Origin: Yuukianura sp. NJ FZ-2021
Taxonomy: Eukaryota
Length of the DNA stretch: 64,000 nucleotides
Direction of reading: 5' to 3'
Assembly: GCA_046563655.1 (NCBI GenBank)
Contig: CM102288.1
Coordinates: 3,968,001-4,032,000, forward strand
How positions within the stretch are numbered: position 1 is the first letter of the stretch; each line of letters starts with the position of its first letter. The translations under genes were made by a program, and so were the position numbers. Shown here one piece after another: positions 57,901-64,000 of this stretch. The notes under the pieces are model-generated. The model made no database searches. It was not told the origin of the DNA and worked only from the letters and a program-made list of their open reading frames with translations.

Positions 57901-60900
57901 GTTACTCTATGATTAATTCTTGATTTGTTAATTACAGGAGATAAGCATGGTGCCTCAAATGGCTCTTCTGGACAAGACAAGGACCGTGTCAAGGGCCCCC
58001 AGGAATCTGTGCCCTTTGACCCTACGAAGGAGTACTTAAACTTAGGTGAAGAAGATCAGATGGAAATCGAAGGCTACGAGAGGTCAACTTTCAAAACGCT
58101 GCTGACCTGGACATTCATACTGCTCACTGTTGGACTCCTGCGACTCGTTTTTCATTGGTGGCCACAACTCATGCTCTACTCAACGCATCGTCCAACGTCC
58201 ATTTCCAAAGCTGACACCATCTTGGTCATCGTAAGTCACAATGTTTGACATTTCTCAAAAAAGAAAAAAAAGAAGCTTTTTGTCTTGTTTTGTTTGATTT
58301 TAAGTCACAATTTTTGACATTTCTCAAACAGTGAAGCTCTTTGTCTTGTTTTGTTTGACTTTTTTTGCGCAACAGGAATCGATTTGTCCGATATTTGTCA
58401 TTTTGTTCCACTTTTTGAAACATTTTTTGTTGCTTCATCGCTTTTTGCGAAATCGTGTGTTTTATTGATCAATCGATTGACGACAGGAGTGGCGAATTCT
58501 GTGAATTCAACGGATAAAGTGTATGGAAAACAGTTGAAACTTGAGAAACAACTTGACACTTGAAAAAGTGCTGACTCAATTTTCCTAATGGGCACTTCTG
58601 GAACCCAGCATCTCATGGACATAGGACAGAGTGACAGAGTTGTCGCATCACTTGTCACTCTCTTTTGTGACAAAGGGCACGAGCCATCGTTAAACTTCGC
58701 AAAAAAATTGCAATGTTTTATGTTTGTGTCCAACCGTGACAATTTGCGCAATTCATTGCAAAATTTATGACTTGGTTTTATTTGAATTTTGTTTTGTTTC
58801 TAGGAACACTACAAACAGAAATACAAAAGATACTATGTCAAGTCAGTCTTCATTCTCTCAAAAGATTTGTTCAAGTAAGTTTGCAAAAAAAAAAAATTAC
58901 AAAAATTTATTGCAAAATTTTATTAGTATTTGACTCATGCCATTAATTAAGTTATCCATCAAGGGGCATTTATGGTAGCAACACAAATCTTACCCGGAAA
59001 GCATTTCCGTTTCCAAATTTTATTGAAATTGAGTTTGTCAATTTGCGGTTTTGCAAATTGGAAATTCATTGCCAATTGCAAACTCGTAAGCTTTTTGTAA
59101 CAAGTTTTTAGTCTGGGCGAATCCGGCACGATTTGGTTTTAATCAAAAAGTCGAATTGGCGGTTTTTTGACCGCAACTGACAGGGGCTTTGAAGAATCAA
59201 AGTTTAATTTGACGCGCCAAAGGGATCAAGGGCACAGGGAAAGAGCACTGATAAAAAGTTAGTCATGTGCAAAAATTTGCAAAGTGTTGCGAATTTGCAA
59301 AAGTGTCTGATTCATTGAACTGCAAGAACTGCGACTTCTCCGGTATCAAATGGCAAATATTTGCCACCTTTTGCAAATTCACAGCAGTCGTGAAGGAAAT
59401 TAAACTACAGAATTGAATCATGAGATGAAAAATGAAAATATTGCTGACGCCAGATCCACTTGACTCTTTGAATAAGAATCAAAATGGAATCAATTTGAGA
59501 TTTGAGTCACGTTGTAACGATCTTTTAATTCTGGTCGTAAATTCAATTGAAAAAGTTCGAATTTCAAAGGAACGCGTGGCGACACTTCATTTTGTATGTG
59601 ACATTTGTCTGTCCTTAGTTCCAGTTTCAATTGCATGAACTTTAAACTTTTCCAGAGAAAGTATTGAAACAATAAAGTTACGGTTCTGAAATCGCAAAAG
59701 TATTTCAAATTCATAACTACTTTCTACTAACAAAAAACAAAAAGAAAATTTTTCAAAATTTTGAAAAGTTTGCAAAAATCGTACAACTTCCTAATTGAAT
59801 TCAACAGAAATTCAATTCCTATTCTTGGCCACCCGGGTTTTCACCCGGAAAACTCTGGAAAGACAAAAGTTAGAATGTCAAAAAATGTTTTCTTGGAAAA
59901 GTTGCAGGAATTGTGCTTTCCCTTGCCTAATTTAACTTTTTCAAAAAAAAATTGTTTTTCATGTTTGACAAATTAAAGTTTTAATTGATTTTTGAAATTA
60001 ATGGATTATAGTTAAAGTGGCTTTGAGTTAAAGTGAGGAGCTTAGGCTTGTGACGTTGAGTGATGTTTTCCTGGAAAGTTTCAAATTAAAAGAAGCGGAA
60101 ACAGCGCAGAAGCGTCTAAACGTCGCTGCAGCCTCGAAATTCGCAATTTATGGGTTCGATAGTGCGAATTGACACTAACGATCATTTGAAAGTGTCCCGC
60201 TTTTTAAGTGCTTTGCACTTTAGAATCTCCAGTAGCTTCAAAGTGTCAAATGACATCAATTTCAGCTCAATATCGCTGAATCGCTCCATCCAAACGCTTC
60301 CTTTGTCAACGCAAAAATGGAAATTGCCCGCCATAAAAGTTGACCTCATTTGACCTGACAAGAAGAAACCACGTTTGCAAAAACCTTTTACAAAGAAAAT
60401 GTTCTAAAATTTTTGGTTTTTTGAAAATTTGTAGCAGTCCAAATTTGTTTCCAGCGACTGGGAATTCAGCAGATGAGAAATCTGCTGAAATAAAGTCTCG
60501 TCAGGAACAACTGGAAAACACACTCCGTTCCATTCCCACTCCAAAACTGGTCATTCCGAATTCAGATGGAACAATTACTGGTAAAATTCATTTTTTGAAA
60601 AGCGTTTTTGAAAATTGAAATTTCCAAAATTTTGGTTACAGAAACTGACACTATTCGTTTCTTCAACTGCAAAAAGCTAAAGTACATTTGGAACGAAGAG
60701 AGAGGAACGTTCGCGAAACTTCCAGGATTCGATCACGCAATCACTTCCAACCTACACAAAGCCCAGGGATTGTCGACCTTCGAACAATGTCAAAGGTCAG
60801 TGACTTAACAAACCTAATCTTAGCCTAACGTTAACCTAATGTATAAGAATCTAACACTAACCTAACATTTTTCGAAAGGTTGCTCATCTACGGTAACAAT

Positions 60901-63718
60901 GAAATCGTCGTAGAAGTTCAGAGTATCGTAAAACTCCTGTTTCTGGAAGTGCTCAACCCATTTTACGTCTTCCAAATATTTTCTGTCACTTTGTGGTACT
61001 CTGACAACTACGTGGCCTTTGCCACGGCCATTGTCATCATGTCCATGTTCGGTATCACCTCAACCATCATTCAAACCAGACAGGTAAGGTCAATGACCTT
61101 TGACCTCTGAGAGCAATGACCTTTGACCTCTGACCAGATTTTAATAGCTGTGAGGTTACGTTTTCAGAATCAGAAGAAGTTGAAGACGACCGTACAATCA
61201 GCTGATATCGTGACAGTTCTACGCGGGAGTGGCGACTTTGAGTCCATTCCGACTGAGCAGTTGGTTCCTGGTGACCTCATTGCAATTCCTGCGCATGGCT
61301 GTACCATGCAATGTGACGCTGCTCTACTCGTAGGGTCATGCATCGTCAACGAAAGCATGCTCACTGGTTAGCAATTCATGTCACGTTACAAACTTTTCCA
61401 CAAAGTTTTCAAGAAAGTTCTGTTTTCATGAATTTTGATTTCGAATTTTGAACACTTTAGGTGAAAGTGTGCCGGTGACCAAATCAGCTCTGCCGAATCG
61501 GAGTGACGTTCAATACGACACAAAGGAACATGCGCGACACACTCTCTTTTGTGGAACGCATATCATGCAGACTAGGTACTACGGAAATGAAAAAGTACTG
61601 GCAGTAGTACTCCGAACAGGTACTTTCCAAAATTAAAAAAAAAGTTAGAATTTTTGAAATTTCGACCTTTGACCTCTAGGGTTCTTGACCTCGAAGGGCA
61701 GTTTGGTTCGATCCATCATGTACCCGCCTCCAGTTGACTACAAATTTGAAAACGATTCGTACAAGTTTGTGGCTGCTCTTGCCGCTTGTGCCGGAATTGG
61801 ATTCATTTTCAGTGTTTTCATGAAGGTGAGAAATGTTTTTCAAAATTTTGAACATCTTTTTCTGAAATTTGGATTTTGCAGATTCGGTTTGGCGAATCCG
61901 TTCGGAATATCATCGTGGACTCTCTTGATTTGATTACAATCGTCGTCCCACCAGCTCTGCCGGCAGCTATGACCGTCGGCCGCTACTATGCCCAAAGACG
62001 CCTTCAGAAACAGGATGTATACTGCATCAGTCCAAGAGCCATCAACGTCTCGGGGTCAATCGACTGCGTATGCTTTGACAAGGTAAGGCTAACCAACATT
62101 CTAAGTCAAATGACCTCCATTTGAGCTCAAACTGAACAAAATGAGGTCATATGACAAGCTTAAAGAAACGGCGCCAGAGTCCAATTACTATTTCCTGGAA
62201 GTGGAAGAGCAAAATTAATTGGAAGAATTCTCGCAAAACACGTTTTTTTTTTCAATCAGACTTTCACTTTTGGGAAGAAAACGAAAGAGACTCTTCAAAG
62301 TCAATTCGAACACAAGTGGAACACGAAAGTGGAGAAAGTTCGGGAAAAATATAATGTATTTTTTGTTCTTTTTTTTTTGAAAGCGACCTCCTTTGATGGG
62401 AAAAATGTGTTTTGTTGGAAAAGTGAAAGTTGTCGAGGCAAATTATTTGTGTTGTCAATCAAAACCGAAATTGGAGAGCTGATACGACCGTCGTAACTGC
62501 GCAAAGGAAGTAATTTGAGCTAACTGCGCAGCTCGTCATTTTTAACAAAAACTAATTGAAGCTGGTGCTGGAGAAAGTGGAAAGCCGCAAGCCGTTTTCA
62601 GTTTCAATTTGAATCAACACGCCTTCATTAAGCCCAAAACTTTCACTTTTACGCCAAGCTTCAAAGAAAACGTTACGTCAAGCGTCAAACAAAAACCTTG
62701 AGAAAAGCTTTATGTTCTGTTCAAACAAGCATGTCTCGTCTCTTTTGAAAAATATGAAAAAAACATATTTTTTGAAAGTGTTTGAATGGCGAGGCGTTTT
62801 TCGAATTTGAAAAATTTTCCACTTCAGTTTCAATTTAGAAAGGAGTTTGAACGCAGCAGGGACTGGAGGATGAAAAACAAGTTTGAAAAGGATTTGGTTT
62901 TTGTTACAAGTTTTGAGTAACAATGGGATTACACTTTGTCATTTCAATTTGACACTGTCAAGTTCCATGATTAAGCCCCCTTGTCATATGGAAAACTGCG
63001 TTTTTAAAAAAAGTTTTTTGAAAATGGGGGTTCAAGGTCAGAGATAGAGAAAGTTCAAGGTCAAAGGTCATCAAACTCTTTCAAATCCTTCGTTTCTGCC
63101 AAATATTTGCCTTTCAGTTGAATAAGTCCTGAAATGGGATTTCACTTTCACTTTGTGTTTCACAAAAATAAGAGAAAGTGAGCGGAACAGGATATTCTCC
63201 TTATCTCTTTCTGTTTGAACAGCGTTGTTTGAACAAAACCCAAATTTGAAAATACTTAACTTTTTTTCAAAAAGTGAAATTCTGTACTTTGTGTTCTGCT
63301 TTTAGACTGGGACTTTGACAGAAGAGGGTTTGGATTTGTGGGGAGTTGTTCCACTTGAACAAACTTTGAACAGCAGAGAAAGTTCTACTAAGAAACCGAT
63401 TTTTGCTGAGCCAATCAGAGACGTTTCTAGCCTCACTTCAAGGTCACTCATGGTAGGCATGGCTGCGTGTCACTCTTTGACTAGAATCGAAGGTGACCTG
63501 ATCGGTGACCCTCTTGACCTTAAGGTAAGACTTGCTTAGAATTCAAACTTTTGGAGGTCGTTGACCTTAAAACTTGTCACTTTCAGATGTTTGAGTGGGT
63601 TGGTTGGACTCTGGAAGAACCGGGAGTGGCTGACAGTGAAAAGTTCGATATCCTCGCACCCACAGTTGTACGACCGAAGAGAGAAGTAAATGACAACATA
63701 CCGGAAGGAAACAAACAA
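54910..63718 (+). CDS. ATP13A3: P5B-type ATPase (ATP13A2-5 family, putative polyamine transporter), 5' part; continues beyond the window end
   Basis: Exons 54910-54928, 55085-55219, 57938-58230, 58804-58874, 60435-60580, 60642-60795, 60879-61083, 61168-61366, 61461-61619, 61680-61825, 61882-62082, 63306-63524, 63587-63718. Motifs [54 protein letters not shown] (P5B), CFDK|TGTLT, GDPLDLKMF. The exact paralog name is uncertain. Confidence 0.92.
57414..57759 (+). CDS. Probable alternative first coding exon of the P5B ATPase
   Basis: ATG-initiated, 115 codons + 1 nt, ending G|gtaaca in phase 1. This matches the phase-1 acceptor at 57938. Composition is coding-like within an otherwise AT-rich intron. 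Confidence 0.55.
58232..58360. repeat. Two-copy ~65 bp intronic tandem duplication starting at a 5' splice site
   Basis: TAAGTCACAAT(G/T)TTTGACATTTCTCAAA...GAAGCT(T/C)TTTGTCTTGTTTTGTTTGA occurs at 58232 and 58301. Confidence 0.75.
61087..61099. promoter_or_regulatory. Perfect IR1 palindrome AGGTCAATGACCT (nuclear-receptor/EcRE-type), followed by TGACCT direct repeats
   Basis: Exact AGGTCA-n-TGACCT directly after the donor at 61084, then TGACCTTTGACCTCTGA twice. Function not shown. Confidence 0.35.
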
Positions 63719-64000
63719 GTGAGTTGTGACTTTTTTAAATTCAAAACAGGAACCTCATTTAGAAAATTCAAACAGGGGCTCCTCATTTAGAAAACTTCAA
63801 TTCGAACAATAGACAAAGTTGGAAATGTCAGAGACTTGGCTCGAGGCCACTTGGAAAAAATCCAGTTACCTTTTCCAAATTGATTTCACGGTTGAAGTAA
63901 GGTGTAATGGCATCATTGTAGCCGTGTGTAACCACACAGGCCATCTTCAGTGGCTACATACAATGGGTGGCTACATACTGCGGCAACTTATGTTGCCACT

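Noticed and set aside
60810..60868. AACCT/TTAGG-like words here and at ~304, 582, 1041, 6934 as telomeric repeat
   Set aside because: Only 1-3 degenerate units each, with no (TTAGG)n array.

Overview
AT-rich, intron-containing animal genomic DNA, probably an arthropod/pancrustacean judging by the Traf4, Myo1D and Ack sequences; there are no prokaryotic features. Hand-splicing at GT..AG junctions gives frame-consistent models for 11 genes: the 5' part of a class IIa HDAC (-), a uridine-cytidine kinase (-), a RING-less TRAF4 (+), TMEM19 (+), myosin ID (-), a thioredoxin-domain gene nested antisense in myosin ID intron 1 (+), Ack (+), two tandem-duplicated GNAT acyltransferases (+), an unrecognised coiled-coil gene with a Q/Y/F/G-rich repeat tail (-), and the 5' part of a P5B ATPase (+). 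The most unusual observations are: (1) a recurring AGGTCA/TGACCT heptamer repeat that sits next to splice sites with an apparent orientation bias, and also builds the Q-rich coding repeat and lies at the duplication breakpoint; (2) a UCK with a mitochondrial-presequence-like N-terminus and Cys at the His117 specificity position; (3) the nested polyproline/CLPC-thioredoxin gene; (4) the prion-like orphan gene; (5) a tRNA-derived element in a myosin intron. Exon boundaries were inferred by eye and identities come from recalled family motifs. No searches were run.
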